A stretch of DNA of 62,628 nucleotides, filler included, from Candidatus Woesearchaeota archaeon (GCA_018399355.1; 3 parts of 3 records of this genome joined end to end with filler, not necessarily neighbours in it); one strand, 5' to 3'; shown: positions 39,321 through 50,506, counted from the whole stretch's first letter. The notes: generated from the letters alone by a model not told the origin. Translations and numbers: made by a program.

Positions 39321-40448
39321 TTGAGCAAAGTTTTTGGACCCGCAGCAACATTAATCGGCTGCATAATAGGAGCAGGAATTCTTGGAATACCTTATGTTGT
39401 TTCAAAGGTCGGCCTTTTGGCAGGAATAATTGAAATAATATTAATTGGGATTGCGATTTTATTTCTTAACATTTATCTCGGGGAAATTGCAGTTAAAACA
39501 AAAGACAGGCGCCAGCTTGTTAGATATGCTGAAAAATACCTTGGAAAAAATGGGAAAGGTTTAATGTGGGTTTCAATGGTTTTAGTGATATATGGGGCGC
39601 TGGTTGCATATACAATTAAAGAAGGTGAGTTTATAAATGCCCTTGCAAGCCCTTTTTTTGGGGGAAGCCCTTTAATATACAGCACCATATTCCTTTTTTT
39701 AATGGCTGTTCTTGTTTACTTTAACCTGAATTTTATTGAAAAAACAGAGTCACTTATTGTTGTAATTCTTATGTCAATAATCCTCTTCATTTCTGTTTTG
39801 GCAATGCCCCATATAAATAAGGCTAATTTCACACAATTCAATCCTCAACAAATTTTTGTTCCTTATGGAGTTGTATTATTCTCTTTTTTGGGTTTTGTTG
39901 CCATACCTGAAATGAAAGAGCAGATAAAGAAAAACAAGGAAATGCTGAAAAAGGCAATTATTATTGGAAGCATAGTGCCGATTGCAATATACATATTGTT
40001 TGCTTTTGTTGTTGTAGGTGTAACAGGAAATAATACCTCTGATGGGGCCATACTTGGGCTTGGAGAAATTCTTGGCTATGAAATGCTTGTATTCGGAACA
40101 TTGTTTGGTATAATGACAATGATGAGCTCTTTCATAATCCTTGCTTTTTCCTTAAAGAAAATGTATGAATATGACTGCAGCATTAACAAAAATTTATCAT
40201 GGTTTTTAACCTGTACTATTCCTTTAATAATAATCCTTCTTGGGGCAAAAAGCTTTGTAAAAACAATAGGATTCAGCGGCTCACTTGCAGGAGGTTTAAT
40301 GGGAATACTTATAGCCTTGATGTATATGAAATCCAGAAAACAAAAGAAAGTCACAAAAGAAAAAATAATTTGCGGGATACTTATTTTATTATTCTGCCTA
40401 GGAATACTTTATGAGATACTAAGTGTTCTTAGATTAATTAGCATTTAA
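39321..40448 (+). CDS. Aromatic amino acid permease (Mtr/TyrP, HAAAP-like)
   Basis: LIGCIIGAGILGIP motif; about 11 TM helices; TTG start after GAGGTG. Confidence 0.85.
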   Translation: MSKVFGPAATLIGCIIGAGILGIPYVVSKVGLLAGIIEIILIGIAILFLNIYLGEIAVKTKDRRQLVRYAEKYLGKNGKGLMWVSMVLVIYGALVAYTIKEGEFINALASPFFGGSPLIYSTIFLFLMAVLVYFNLNFIEKTESLIVVILMSIILFISVLAMPHINKANFTQFNPQQIFVPYGVVLFSFLGFVAIPEMKEQIKKNKEMLKKAIIIGSIVPIAIYILFAFVVVGVTGNNTSDGAILGLGEILGYEMLVFGTLFGIMTMMSSFIILAFSLKKMYEYDCSINKNLSWFLTCTIPLIIILLGAKSFVKTIGFSGSLAGGLMGILIALMYMKSRKQKKVTKEKIICGILILLFCLGILYEILSVLRLISI

Positions 40449-40506
40449 GATCTTTAATTAAATAAGAAAGTATAAAAAAGAAAAAGGTTAAAAAAATAAA
40501 AAAAGT

Positions 40507-41784
40507 TTAGTAGTAAGTCTCGCCTTTCTCGTGGTCTTCAACATCTTCGTCTTCGCTTTCTCTAAGCTTGCTGAAACCGATTATCAAGCCAAGTATAACA
40601 AGCAATACTACCAGGATTATTACTCCTATTTCAAGCCCTCTCTTTAGGCTTATCATTCCTGTTTCTGCTTCTTCCTTGACATCTCCTTTAAGGCTTATCT
40701 GCTTCAAGGTATTGTCTCCTGAGCTTACTGAAACAACGAACATATGCTCTCCTACTGTTGCATCTTCTTTTGCAGTTACTGAAACAAATACTTGTTTTGA
40801 CTCTCCTTTGTTGAGAACAACAAGATTGCTTGGTGTTACTTCAACATTTGCCCATGTATCTGCTCCATCAACACTTACAACATATGTTCTTGCAGTGCTT
40901 CCTGAATTCTCAATTATTAGAGGATATGTGACAGTTGCTCCCTTTTCAACTGATTGTGATTCAGGACCTACTGTTATTATTGTCTTTTTCTGAACGTCTT
41001 CTTCATCTTCAGCACAAACATCTCCTGTTACAAGTATGCTGTATTCCTCTGTGGTTGTTTCATAGCCTTCATCATATTCAAGTGATACTTCTACTGTATA
41101 TTTTTTAGGCTCAATGCACTCTGGTATTCTCATGTACAGCTCTTCTGAAGTCACTGACTCGTCTTTGTCTTTGCCTTCGATTTCATCAACATATTCTGAT
41201 GCTGATAATCCAAGCTCTGGAATGCTTACTCTAACCCTAACACTTTCTTGATCTTTCTCTCCTATGTTTTGGATTCTTACTGTTGTAAGCAAAGCTCTTC
41301 CAGCTTCAACGCCATACTCTGGATAAAAGATTACATCTTTTATTATAAGCTTGTGTCTTATTCCTTTAAGGTGAAGTGGGTAAAGTGCCTCGAATGCTTC
41401 TCCTTTCCTTGTCCCAACAGTTACCCTTAAGTCATAATAGTCTTTGTCCATTTTGTAAGGTAGTTTTATTGAAAGATCCTTATAAGTTGTGTCTCCAGCA
41501 TCAAGGTCAAATACATGTGCTCTGTCATAAAGGTCTGATTCCCTATCACTGTATTCATATCCTAAAACTTCTGCTGTTACTTCAACGTTTTCTTCATCAA
41601 CATCTGATGACATCTTAACCCTTATGTCAAGCTCTTCTCCTCTTACAACTTCTAACTGGTCTCCTGCCTCAAATTCATCTCCATTTAGTTTAATGGACTC
41701 TACAGTAGGCAATGCACTCACTATCCCTACGGACAGAAAGCTAACCAAAAATATTGCCAATAAAACATTTATTGCATTCTTCAT
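40507..41784 (-). CDS. Acidic surface/S-layer-like protein with Ig-like (CARDB/NEW3-like) domains and C-terminal TM
   Basis: Signal peptide, VRIQNIG and IENSGS Ig-like motifs, TM and acidic tail ending YY. Confidence 0.75.
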   Translation of the reverse strand: MKNAINVLLAIFLVSFLSVGIVSALPTVESIKLNGDEFEAGDQLEVVRGEELDIRVKMSSDVDEENVEVTAEVLGYEYSDRESDLYDRAHVFDLDAGDTTYKDLSIKLPYKMDKDYYDLRVTVGTRKGEAFEALYPLHLKGIRHKLIIKDVIFYPEYGVEAGRALLTTVRIQNIGEKDQESVRVRVSIPELGLSASEYVDEIEGKDKDESVTSEELYMRIPECIEPKKYTVEVSLEYDEGYETTTEEYSILVTGDVCAEDEEDVQKKTIITVGPESQSVEKGATVTYPLIIENSGSTARTYVVSVDGADTWANVEVTPSNLVVLNKGESKQVFVSVTAKEDATVGEHMFVVSVSSGDNTLKQISLKGDVKEEAETGMISLKRGLEIGVIILVVLLVILGLIIGFSKLRESEDEDVEDHEKGETYY

Positions 41785-41923
41785 TTTTTTACCCCCAACT
41801 TTTGTTGTTTCATTATAAGAGATTATGAAATCTCTGTGTTGCTATTATGTAATAGCAACTTATATTTAAATGTTTCGTTTTTTTAGTTATTCTTAAGTAG
41901 TTACTAAAACAACTATTCATTTA

Positions 41924-42440
41924 TTATCTAATATATATCTCCCTGTGTTTCACTCTTCTTATGTCGTCACCGACCGCTGACGCTCTTATGTCATAATATC
42001 CTGCACTCGCCCATAAAGGGATATCAAGCATAATTAAGCTTGTTTTTTGGTCATTTCTTTTCAGGTCAAAAGGACCTACTCTTCTCATTAAACCTAATTC
42101 AGGAACAGTAAATGTTATCCTTATATTTTTTAGTTCATTGTCGCCTGAGTTTTCAAATGTTGAAATTATAATCATTGTATCTCCTGGCTTTAGGTAATCC
42201 TCATTAAGTATTACAAATCTTGTCATACCTAACTTATCTTTGTATTCTTCATCTTCTATAATTCCTGTGCACCTTGGGTCATTGTATGAGATGTCATATT
42301 CTGTGCATGTATTTTCTTCGCATGTACAGTCGCCTAAGCAGGCATTAAAGACATCATGATAATCATAATAATCATTTCCATAGCATCCGTCAAGGTTATC
42401 GCATTCTGTATCTGCACATGGGTTTTCTGCATCGCATTCT
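41924..42440 (-). CDS. C-terminal part of a Cys/Asp-rich surface protein (start lost in gap)
   Basis: Frame stays open upstream of the listed ATG: ECDAENPCADTECDNLDGC...CLGDCTCEENTC...; Ig-like C-terminus. Confidence 0.7.
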
Positions 42441-42540
42441 NNNNNNNNNNNNNNNNNNNNNNNNNNNNNNNNNNNNNNNNNNNNTTAATTAATTAANNNN
42501 NNNNNNNNNNNNNNNNNNNNNNNNNNNNNNNNNNNNNNNN
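42441..42540. other. Artificial contig linker
   Basis: N-run with central TTAATTAATTAA. Confidence 0.98.
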
Positions 42541-43454
42541 CCGCAGGTATCGTTCTGGTGAGGCCATATCCTTAAGCATTTTTCAACTTCTTTATTATAT
42601 ATCTGGCCATCAAATTCCTTAATTACTGGGCCGTGTTTTATATCTAAATTAATTTTTTCCAGTTTTGCATTATCATATTTATTTAATAAAAAGTCAATAA
42701 TTGCCTCATTTTCCTCTGGCTCTAATGTACATGTGGAATATGTCATGACTCCTCCCTGTTTTAAGCATTTAAATGCTGTTTCAATTAATTGTCTTTGCGT
42801 ACCCGCAATCCTCTTAACCATGTTTGGATTCCACATCTTTAAAGTCTTTAAACTCTTTCTTATAGTTCCTGTTCCAGAGCATGGAGCATCCAGCAAAATT
42901 TTGTCAAAGGGATTCTTAAAAAATCTTCCTTCCATCAATGTTGTTATTGTGTTTGTTGCTCCTGCTCTCTGCAGATTAAAGCTTAATGGCGCCATTCTTT
43001 TGTAATCGGCATCATTTGAAACTAAAGCTCCTTTGTTTTTCATCATTGCCGCAAGCTGTGTTGTCTTTGAGCCAGGGGCAGAGCACATATCCAAAACATT
43101 TTCATTTGGTTTTGCATCAAGAACAACAGGAGGAATCATTGATGCTGCTTCCTGTACATAAAAATAGCCAAGATTATGCTCAAGCAAGTTTCCAATATCT
43201 CTTCTCTCTTGTTTTTTATGTTCAATAAAAAAGCCTTCGTTGCACCATGGAATCTGGGTTAGCTTCCATTCTTTCTCAAGCCTTTTCTTAAGCTCTTCAA
43301 CAGAAATCTTTAATGTATTAACTCTTATGCTTTTTCTCATGAATGATAAAGATGCTTCTATGAACTTTTCATAATCTCTGCCCAATAAGATTTTATACTT
43401 CTCTTCAAAACTCTCTTTTATCTCAATATCCTCTGTTCCAGGTATTCTTTTCAT
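42541..43454 (-). CDS. NOL1/NOP2/Sun family RNA m5C methyltransferase (3' end truncated by gap)
   Basis: QEAASM, DMCSAPGSKT, DAPCSG, YSTCT. Confidence 0.93.
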
Positions 43455-45163
43455 TTTAATGTTTTAACCATATAAGGGCCTTGTTTTTTATATCCTAGTC
43501 TGCGGTAATAATTTCTTACTCCTATGCCTGATATTACAATCATTTTATTTTTTTTGTTTTTTATTGCTGTTTCTTCTGCTTTTTTCAAAAGTTTTTTTCC
43601 ATATCCTGCATGCTGTATCTTTCCTTTTTTTCCAATCTCAACAGCAGAGCCAAAAACATGAAGCTCTCTTATTATTGCGCTATCTTTCGTTATCTCTTTT
43701 CTTAAGTATTTTGAGGGAAACCTTAACCTGCAAAATCCAATTAGTGCATCATTTTTCTCGTCATCAAAACTTATGAAAAACTCCTTTCCATTGCTTGCAC
43801 CATATTTAAAAACATTTAGTTTTATATCTTTTGGATTGACTTTTATATTCTCCTTTTTTAGTTTATGACCAATCTCCCTGCAGCGTATGCAGTTGCATTT
43901 TATTTTCTTAATCTTTAATTCCTTTTCAACATACTGCCTTAGATTGTTTCTGTCAACTCCTGCCTCTGTAAGCTGTGTTGGGATATCTCTTTGCACCCTC
44001 ATTATCCTTACATATCTTGGAACAATTTTTTTTATTTCTGTTATTATATCAACTGCTTTCTCTGTTGTTATTGGCCTGTATTTTCTATTTTTCCACCAGT
44101 TGTATGCTTTTGTTCCCTTTAAGACCATGCAGGGATAAATTTTCAGCATGTCTGGCTTAAAATCACTGTTTTCAAACAATTTTTTAAATGAATTTATGTC
44201 CTTTGTTTTGCTTGAGCCAGGCAATCCAAGCATCATATGGTAGTTTACTTTAAACCCTGTATCTTTTAATGCTAAAGTTGCGTCAATTGAATCATTAACA
44301 GAATGGCCTCTTTCAATTTTCTCAAGAACATCGTCATAAGCGCTTTGAACTCCAAGCTCAACCCTTGTTGCTCCCAGTTTAAGCATCTGGTTTGCATGTT
44401 TCAGTTTTGCATAATCAGGCCTTGTCTCAATTGTCATGCCCACGCATTTTATTTTTGATTTTTCATTTTTCTTCTGCTCTTTTTCAAGAGTTGTTTTTGT
44501 TTTATTTTTCAGTTTAATTAACTTTTTTTGGATTCTTTTAACCCTTTTATCATCCTGAAAATCACCTGGCATCTCAAAGAATTCCTTAAATCTTTCAAGG
44601 TTAAGTTCATTTTTCCTAAAGAAATAAGATGAAAAGTCATTCATTGCCTTTATTGAATATTTTACAAAATCATTCTGGTATTTTATCTCAAATGAAGGAA
44701 ATGTTCCACCCATTATTATAAGCTCTATTTTTTCAGGAATCTGCCCTATCATAACATACTGCTCCAATCTATTCATTACCTGAAGATATGGATCAAAATT
44801 ATTTCTTGATGCCCTTCTTGCAGCTGGCTCTTTTCCTGTATAGCTTTGTGGTGTATCCCCAAAGGCCGAGCTTGGCCCGCCGGGACAGATTGCGCACTTT
44901 CCATGAGGGCATTTAATCGGCTTAGTCATTATTGCACAAACTGCAACACCAGAAATAGTCCTTGTTGGTTTTGTAATTAAATGTTTCAATAATTTACGGT
45001 CTTTCACATCAGCATTCAATAAAATCTTTATGTCAGTTGGTATGTTTATGTGGTATTTCCTGCATAACTTTATCTTAAGCTTGGAAATATCCTGTTTTGA
45101 AAGCTTTTTCTTCTTCAGTTCTTTCAAAATTTCATCATAATATTTTTTTTCATGACTGTCCAT
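43451..45163 (-). CDS. elp3: Elp3 tRNA wobble-uridine acetyltransferase (radical SAM + KAT)
   Basis: RTISGVA, CPHGKCAICPGG, ETRPD, RVQRDIP, RELHVFG, ISGIGVRNYY. Confidence 0.96.
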   Translation of the reverse strand: MDSHEKKYYDEILKELKKKKLSKQDISKLKIKLCRKYHINIPTDIKILLNADVKDRKLLKHLITKPTRTISGVAVCAIMTKPIKCPHGKCAICPGGPSSAFGDTPQSYTGKEPAARRASRNNFDPYLQVMNRLEQYVMIGQIPEKIELIIMGGTFPSFEIKYQNDFVKYSIKAMNDFSSYFFRKNELNLERFKEFFEMPGDFQDDKRVKRIQKKLIKLKNKTKTTLEKEQKKNEKSKIKCVGMTIETRPDYAKLKHANQMLKLGATRVELGVQSAYDDVLEKIERGHSVNDSIDATLALKDTGFKVNYHMMLGLPGSSKTKDINSFKKLFENSDFKPDMLKIYPCMVLKGTKAYNWWKNRKYRPITTEKAVDIITEIKKIVPRYVRIMRVQRDIPTQLTEAGVDRNNLRQYVEKELKIKKIKCNCIRCREIGHKLKKENIKVNPKDIKLNVFKYGASNGKEFFISFDDEKNDALIGFCRLRFPSKYLRKEITKDSAIIRELHVFGSAVEIGKKGKIQHAGYGKKLLKKAEETAIKNKKNKMIVISGIGVRNYYRRLGYKKQGPYMVKTLK

Positions 45164-45268
45164 AAAGCAAGAAAAGTATTGTTTGTATTTAAATATTGGT
45201 GAAAATTAGAAATATTTCGAAATAATTTCATAAAGATTTATAAATAATGATTGCTATCACAATAAATA

Positions 45269-45361
45269 ATGGATATAGAAAAGATTCTTTATTGGGCTGT
45301 TGGTATTATATTAATAATAGTAATAATATACTTAATAGTTTCAGGAAGAGGTTTCACATGA
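45269..45361 (+). CDS. 30-aa single-TM microprotein (not in ORF track)
   Basis: MDIEKILYWAVGIILIIVIIYLIVSGRGFT*; about 25 bp after TATA; stop overlaps next ATG (ATGA). Confidence 0.55.
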   Translation: MDIEKILYWAVGIILIIVIIYLIVSGRGFT

Positions 45362-45609
45362 AAGCAAATAACCTAGCTAATTTGATTGCATTGATTTTGA
45401 TAGTTCTTGGAGTTATATTTATAATCTGGAAGTTGATTGGAGGAAGCCCAACAGAGTTCAGTATATTAATCACTCTTACATCAGGGATTTTGTTTAAGAT
45501 TATTGCCTTAAGCAGTGATTTGTCAACATTAAAAGAGAGAATAAAGAATATTGACTTTAAGTTTAATGCATTAGCACATGATTTTAAAGAGCATATTAAG
45601 AAAAAATAA
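45358..45609 (+). CDS. Small membrane protein with coiled-coil tail
   Basis: 83 aa from ATG 45358; two hydrophobic segments. Confidence 0.65.
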   Translation: MKANNLANLIALILIVLGVIFIIWKLIGGSPTEFSILITLTSGILFKIIALSSDLSTLKERIKNIDFKFNALAHDFKEHIKKK

Positions 45610-45620
45610 ATTTTTCAGTT

Positions 45621-46319
45621 TCAATAAATCAAAAGTTTTTCTAAATTAATCCAATGTCCCAATGGATTTTTGTAAATTCTTTGGATATTTGGATGTTTAT
45701 TTATTTCTTTAACTATACCTTTATCTTCCTGTCTATTCCAGTTGTAATCAAAAAGATAAACCTTTATGTTATTATCAGCTAGGCTTAAGGCAGTTTCCTC
45801 CCTGTCCTCAATAAAATGTGTTATTCCTTTATCCTTTGCTATCTTAACTTTGTCTCCATCAATGATAATTCTATCATTGTATTTTTCTATCTTGTTTTTT
45901 ATGAAACAATTGAATGTTTGCTCTTCTGCATCACCTGGCCTTGCTGTTACAAAATAAAAATAATAAAGTTTCTCCAGCTTATTAAGAATATTTAATGCGT
46001 TAGGCAATAATTCCAAACTTAGATATTTTTCTTTTTTTACCATTTGCTTAAAAAGCTCATCAACTTCATCATCCTTTAATGGAGTGCATTTTCCATAATC
46101 AAAATCAGTTATATCTTCCTCAGTTAATGGCTTTTCAAGAACTTTTTTGTAATAATGATTTAGATGATGATACATTTCATTTGCTAATTCCAATATCGCT
46201 GGATTTGTGTCTGTAACACAGTTGTCAACATCAATTCCCAGAATTGTCTTTTTTTTATTGTAATCATCAATAAGTTTTTCTATGGTTTTCATCCTTATAA
46301 TTGATTTTGCTGTTGTCAT
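45621..46319 (-). CDS. HAD-family 5'(3')-nucleotidase-like protein
   Basis: GIDVDNCV, VTAR, K, FIEDR and YNWNR motifs. Confidence 0.85.
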   Translation of the reverse strand: MTTAKSIIRMKTIEKLIDDYNKKKTILGIDVDNCVTDTNPAILELANEMYHHLNHYYKKVLEKPLTEEDITDFDYGKCTPLKDDEVDELFKQMVKKEKYLSLELLPNALNILNKLEKLYYFYFVTARPGDAEEQTFNCFIKNKIEKYNDRIIIDGDKVKIAKDKGITHFIEDREETALSLADNNIKVYLFDYNWNRQEDKGIVKEINKHPNIQRIYKNPLGHWINLEKLLIY

Positions 46320-46388
46320 GTTATTTCCAGAAATATCAGATTATATAAAGATTTGCCTGACCCAATAAAATGATTGATGAATATAAAA

Positions 46389-49019
46389 CTAATCATCTGC
46401 TACCTTGTTTTTTAAAAGTTTCATAATTTCAGCAATTATAAACACTGTGCTCGAAACTGCAAAGGCATAAATCCATCCTGTAAATGAAAGAGGCACTACC
46501 TTGAAAAAATTTGATAAAGGAGTATGAACCACTAAAAACTGCAATGCAACAGACAATATTATCGCTCCCACAAGATAAAGGTTTGAGAAAACACCTATCC
46601 TGAAAAGAGAATTTTTCTCTGAGCGGCAGTTCAGCACATTAAACATCTGGAAGAGCATGATAGTGCAGAAAGCCATTGTCCTTGCATATGCTAAATCTTC
46701 TATGTAAAGATTAAAAACAAAAAGCGTGCCTATGCACATTATTGCTCCTACAAAAAACATTCTTAAAAAATTGCTTCTTGAAAAAATTGCACTGTTCTTT
46801 TTTCTTGGATTTCTCTCCATAATTCCGGGCTCTTTGGGATCAACGCCTAGAGCGAGGGCAGGAAAGCCGTCTGTAACAAGGTTAATCCAAAGTATCTGCA
46901 CTGCGATAAGCGGCAATGGAAAACCCAATATCATGGCAATAAAGATCACAAGTATCTCTCCTAGATTGCATGACAAAAGATATTCAACAAACTTTTTTAT
47001 GTTGTCATAAATTCCCCTGCCCTCTTCAACTGCATTGACTATCGAGGCAAAGTTATCGTCTGTTAAAATCATGTCTGATGCCTCTTTTGAGACATCTGTT
47101 CCAGTTATTCCCATTGCTATTCCTATGTCTGCTTTTTTTAATGCAGGGGCGTCATTTACGCCGTCGCCAGTCATTGCAACAACATTGCCCTGTTTTTTCA
47201 GGGAATCAACTATACTTATCTTGTCTTTTGGCGAGATTCTTGCAAAAACATTAACCTCATTAACAATCTTGTCTAGTTTTGAATCTGAAATACCCATAAT
47301 CTCTTTTCCTGTAACAACATCTTCATCTTTTTCTATAAGGCCGATCTGCAGAGCTATTGCCTTGGCTGTTGTTCTTTGATCGCCTGTAAGCATCATGACT
47401 CTTATGCCTGCCCTTCTGCACAATGCTATTGCCTGTTTTATCTCTGGCCTTGGAGGGTCAATCATCCCTGTAAAACCAACAAAAACAAGATTTTTCTCTA
47501 TTTCTTTTTCCGAGTATTTTATGTTGGAAGGGAGTTCACGGTAGGCCATTGCAAGAACCCTTAATGCTCTTGAGGCCATCTCCCTGTTTTTCTCAAGAAA
47601 TTCCTCTTTTTTGTTTTTGTCAAGCTTTTTCAGTTTTCCTTCTTCATAATAGTGGGAGCATTTTTCAATTATTATTTTCGGGGCTCCTTTTGAGAATGCA
47701 AATTTTTTTCCTTTATGTTCATTCACAGTTGTCATCATCTTTCTGTCAGAGTCAAAAGGAATTTCATATATTCTTGGATAGTCTTGCTCAAGATTTTCTC
47801 TTGATATATCTGCTTTTAAAGCGCAGACAAGCAATGCAGTTTCAGTTGGGTCTCCAAAGGTTTTGTTTTCATGTACTGCTGAATTGTTGCATAAAGCTGA
47901 TATTTTAACAAGAAATTCATAATCATCGGCAGTGCTGTCAACAAATATTCCTTTTTTTGAATATCCATGGCCTGTAACATTTATTGTCTTGTTGTTTGCA
48001 AAAATCTCTTTTACAGTCATTTCATCTTTTGTTAAAGTGCCTGTTTTGTCTGTACATATGACATTAGTGCATCCTAATGTTTCAACAGACTGGAGCTTTC
48101 TCATAAGGGCGTTTTTTTTCACAAGCCTTGTAACTCCTAGGGTAAGTGTTATTGTAACAACTGCTGGCAATCCTTCTGGTATTGCTGCAACAGCCAAAGC
48201 TATTGCATTCACAAGCATATCCACAAGAGGGTTTCCCCTTAATATTCCCAATGCAAATATTATTGAGCATATCAGCAAGGCTGCAATACCAATCCATTTC
48301 CCAAGGTTTCCAAAGGTCTTTTGCAAAGGAGTTATTTTTTCTTTTTCCTCATCCATCATGCCTGCTATCTTTCCTATTTCTGTTTTCATTCCTGTCCTTA
48401 GCACAACTCCCTTTCCTCTTCCTTTTGAAATTACAGTTCCTGAAAAAACAATGTTTGACTGCGAGGCAATATCCTTTTTTCCTTTTAATACATCTGTATT
48501 TTTGCTTACAGAAGTTGACTCTCCTGTTAATGCTGATTCATGAGTCTGCATGCTTATTGACTCAATAACCCTTGCGTCTGCAGGAATTTTTTCCCCTTCC
48601 TCTAAAAGGATTATATCTCCGGGAACAAGGTTTTTTGCATCAATAACCTGCTCTTTTCCATTACGAAGCACTGTTGCCTTTAAGCTTGAAAGTTTTTTTA
48701 ATGCCTCAATTGATTTTTCTGCCTTGTACTCCTGGACAAATCCAAAAACTGCATTAAACAAAACAATTATTGAGATAAGTACGACATCTGTGTATTCACC
48801 TATGAGTGCTGTTGCTGCAATTGCAACAAAAAGAATTATTATAAGAGGACTCTTAAATTGGCTAAGGAATATGGCAAAAGGGCTTATCTTTTTCTTTTCT
48901 TTTATTTCATTAAGCCCGTATTTTTCAATGCGTTTATGTGCTTGTTTGGTTGAGATTCCCTTCTCAGAAGTCTTAAGCTCATCAAATATTCTTTTAACAG
49001 AGTAATTATAATAGTTCAT
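46389..49019 (-). CDS. P-type ATPase, type IIA (Ca2+-transporting-like)
   Basis: TGES, PEGLP, DKTGTLT, TGDGVNDAPALK. Confidence 0.96.
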   Translation of the reverse strand: MNYYNYSVKRIFDELKTSEKGISTKQAHKRIEKYGLNEIKEKKKISPFAIFLSQFKSPLIIILFVAIAATALIGEYTDVVLISIIVLFNAVFGFVQEYKAEKSIEALKKLSSLKATVLRNGKEQVIDAKNLVPGDIILLEEGEKIPADARVIESISMQTHESALTGESTSVSKNTDVLKGKKDIASQSNIVFSGTVISKGRGKGVVLRTGMKTEIGKIAGMMDEEKEKITPLQKTFGNLGKWIGIAALLICSIIFALGILRGNPLVDMLVNAIALAVAAIPEGLPAVVTITLTLGVTRLVKKNALMRKLQSVETLGCTNVICTDKTGTLTKDEMTVKEIFANNKTINVTGHGYSKKGIFVDSTADDYEFLVKISALCNNSAVHENKTFGDPTETALLVCALKADISRENLEQDYPRIYEIPFDSDRKMMTTVNEHKGKKFAFSKGAPKIIIEKCSHYYEEGKLKKLDKNKKEEFLEKNREMASRALRVLAMAYRELPSNIKYSEKEIEKNLVFVGFTGMIDPPRPEIKQAIALCRRAGIRVMMLTGDQRTTAKAIALQIGLIEKDEDVVTGKEIMGISDSKLDKIVNEVNVFARISPKDKISIVDSLKKQGNVVAMTGDGVNDAPALKKADIGIAMGITGTDVSKEASDMILTDDNFASIVNAVEEGRGIYDNIKKFVEYLLSCNLGEILVIFIAMILGFPLPLIAVQILWINLVTDGFPALALGVDPKEPGIMERNPRKKNSAIFSRSNFLRMFFVGAIMCIGTLFVFNLYIEDLAYARTMAFCTIMLFQMFNVLNCRSEKNSLFRIGVFSNLYLVGAIILSVALQFLVVHTPLSNFFKVVPLSFTGWIYAFAVSSTVFIIAEIMKLLKNKVADD

Positions 49020-49120
49020 TATTCGCCTCTTTTATTAATTTAAAATTATTATTGTTTAAAAATATTATGATTTTGCAATAAAAAGATATTTATATAAATC
49101 ATATGCTTTTGTTTATTTTG

Positions 49121-49480
49121 ATGAAAACAAAAAAAGAGGCCATACTGCTTGTATTGATCTGCACTTTTTTCACTTCTGTTGGCCAGCTGTTTCTTAAAAT
49201 CGGCTCAAAAAATCTAAGCTTTGATATAATTGAGCTGTTAACCAACTATCCTTTAATAATCGGGTTCTCGCTTTATGCAGTAGGTGCTTTGATTTTAGTG
49301 CTTGCGCTTAAGAATGGAGAGCTTTCCATACTTTATCCTTTTATAGCAACATCTTTTGTTTGGGTAAGTGTTTTATCAGTGATTTTTCTTAATGAGGTTA
49401 TGAATGTGTGGAAATGGTCTGGTGTTTTAGTTATAATTCTGGGCATGGTATTTATTGGCAAGGGGGGAAGCTTGAAATGA
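49121..49480 (+). CDS. EamA/SMR-like four-TM transporter subunit
   Basis: GQLFLKIG and GELSILYP motifs. Confidence 0.85.
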   Translation: MKTKKEAILLVLICTFFTSVGQLFLKIGSKNLSFDIIELLTNYPLIIGFSLYAVGALILVLALKNGELSILYPFIATSFVWVSVLSVIFLNEVMNVWKWSGVLVIILGMVFIGKGGSLK

Positions 49481-49827
49481 AAACAGAGCTCTGGGCAATA
49501 ATCTTTGTCTTAATTGGAACGATAATAGGAAGTTTTGGAGCACTCTATATTAAAATAGGATCTAAGGATTTTTCATTTAAAATATTAAAAATATTAAAAA
49601 ACCAAAGGCTGATTCTAGGAATTGTTTTTTATGCACTTTCATCTGTATTTTATGTTATTGCACTAACAGGAGGAGAGCTTTCTGTTATTTATCCTGTTGC
49701 ATCAATAAGTTATGTATGGGTTTGCCTGCTTTCTGTCTGGTTTTTAAAAGAAAAGATGAATATTTTTAAGTGGGTCGGCATAGCAACAATAATATTTGGA
49801 ATAACTTTAATAGGAATAGGTGGTTGA
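49477..49827 (+). CDS. EamA/SMR-like four-TM transporter subunit (paralog)
   Basis: GELSVIYP and FLKEK motifs; ATGA-coupled pair suggests a heterodimer. Confidence 0.85.
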   Translation: MKTELWAIIFVLIGTIIGSFGALYIKIGSKDFSFKILKILKNQRLILGIVFYALSSVFYVIALTGGELSVIYPVASISYVWVCLLSVWFLKEKMNIFKWVGIATIIFGITLIGIGG

Positions 49828-50506
49828 TATGGAAAAAATAATAGTAATATCATTAGGCGGCTCGATAATAGTGCCCAATGAAATAAATGTAGAATTTCTT
49901 AAGGGTTTTAAAAGATTGATAAACAATTTTGTTGAAGATGGGAACAAAGCAATAATTGTTTGTGGAGGAGGAAGCACTGCAAGAAAATACCAGTCAGCTG
50001 CAGGAAGAATAAGCAATTTAAGGGATGATGACCTTGACTGGATGGGGATTCATACAACAAGATTAAATGCACAGCTTGTGAAAACTTTGTTTTTAGGAAA
50101 AGTGCATGAGTTTATAATCCACAATCCTAATGATAAGATTGATTTCAAGGAAAATATTCTTATTGCAGCTGGATGGAAACCTGGATGGAGCACTGATTAT
50201 GATGCTATTAGATTAGCGCATAACTTTAATGTCAAGGCTGTTTTAAATGTAAGCAACGTGCCTTATGTTTATGACAAGCCGCCAAAGGAAAACCATGATG
50301 CAAAACCAATTAAGAATATGTCATGGAAGGAATTAAGAAAATTAGTCGGAGATAAATGGGATCCCGGGCTTAGCGCTCCTTTTGACCCAATTGCTGCAAA
50401 AGAAGGAGAAAAACTCGGCATAGAAGTTATAGTTTTAGGCACCGACTTAAAAAATCTTGAGAATTATTTAAATGAAAAAGAATTTAATGGGACTGTTATA
50501 AGCTAA
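49820..50506 (+). CDS. pyrH: UMP kinase
   Basis: [29 protein letters not shown]. Confidence 0.95.
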   Translation: MVDMEKIIVISLGGSIIVPNEINVEFLKGFKRLINNFVEDGNKAIIVCGGGSTARKYQSAAGRISNLRDDDLDWMGIHTTRLNAQLVKTLFLGKVHEFIIHNPNDKIDFKENILIAAGWKPGWSTDYDAIRLAHNFNVKAVLNVSNVPYVYDKPPKENHDAKPIKNMSWKELRKLVGDKWDPGLSAPFDPIAAKEGEKLGIEVIVLGTDLKNLENYLNEKEFNGTVIS

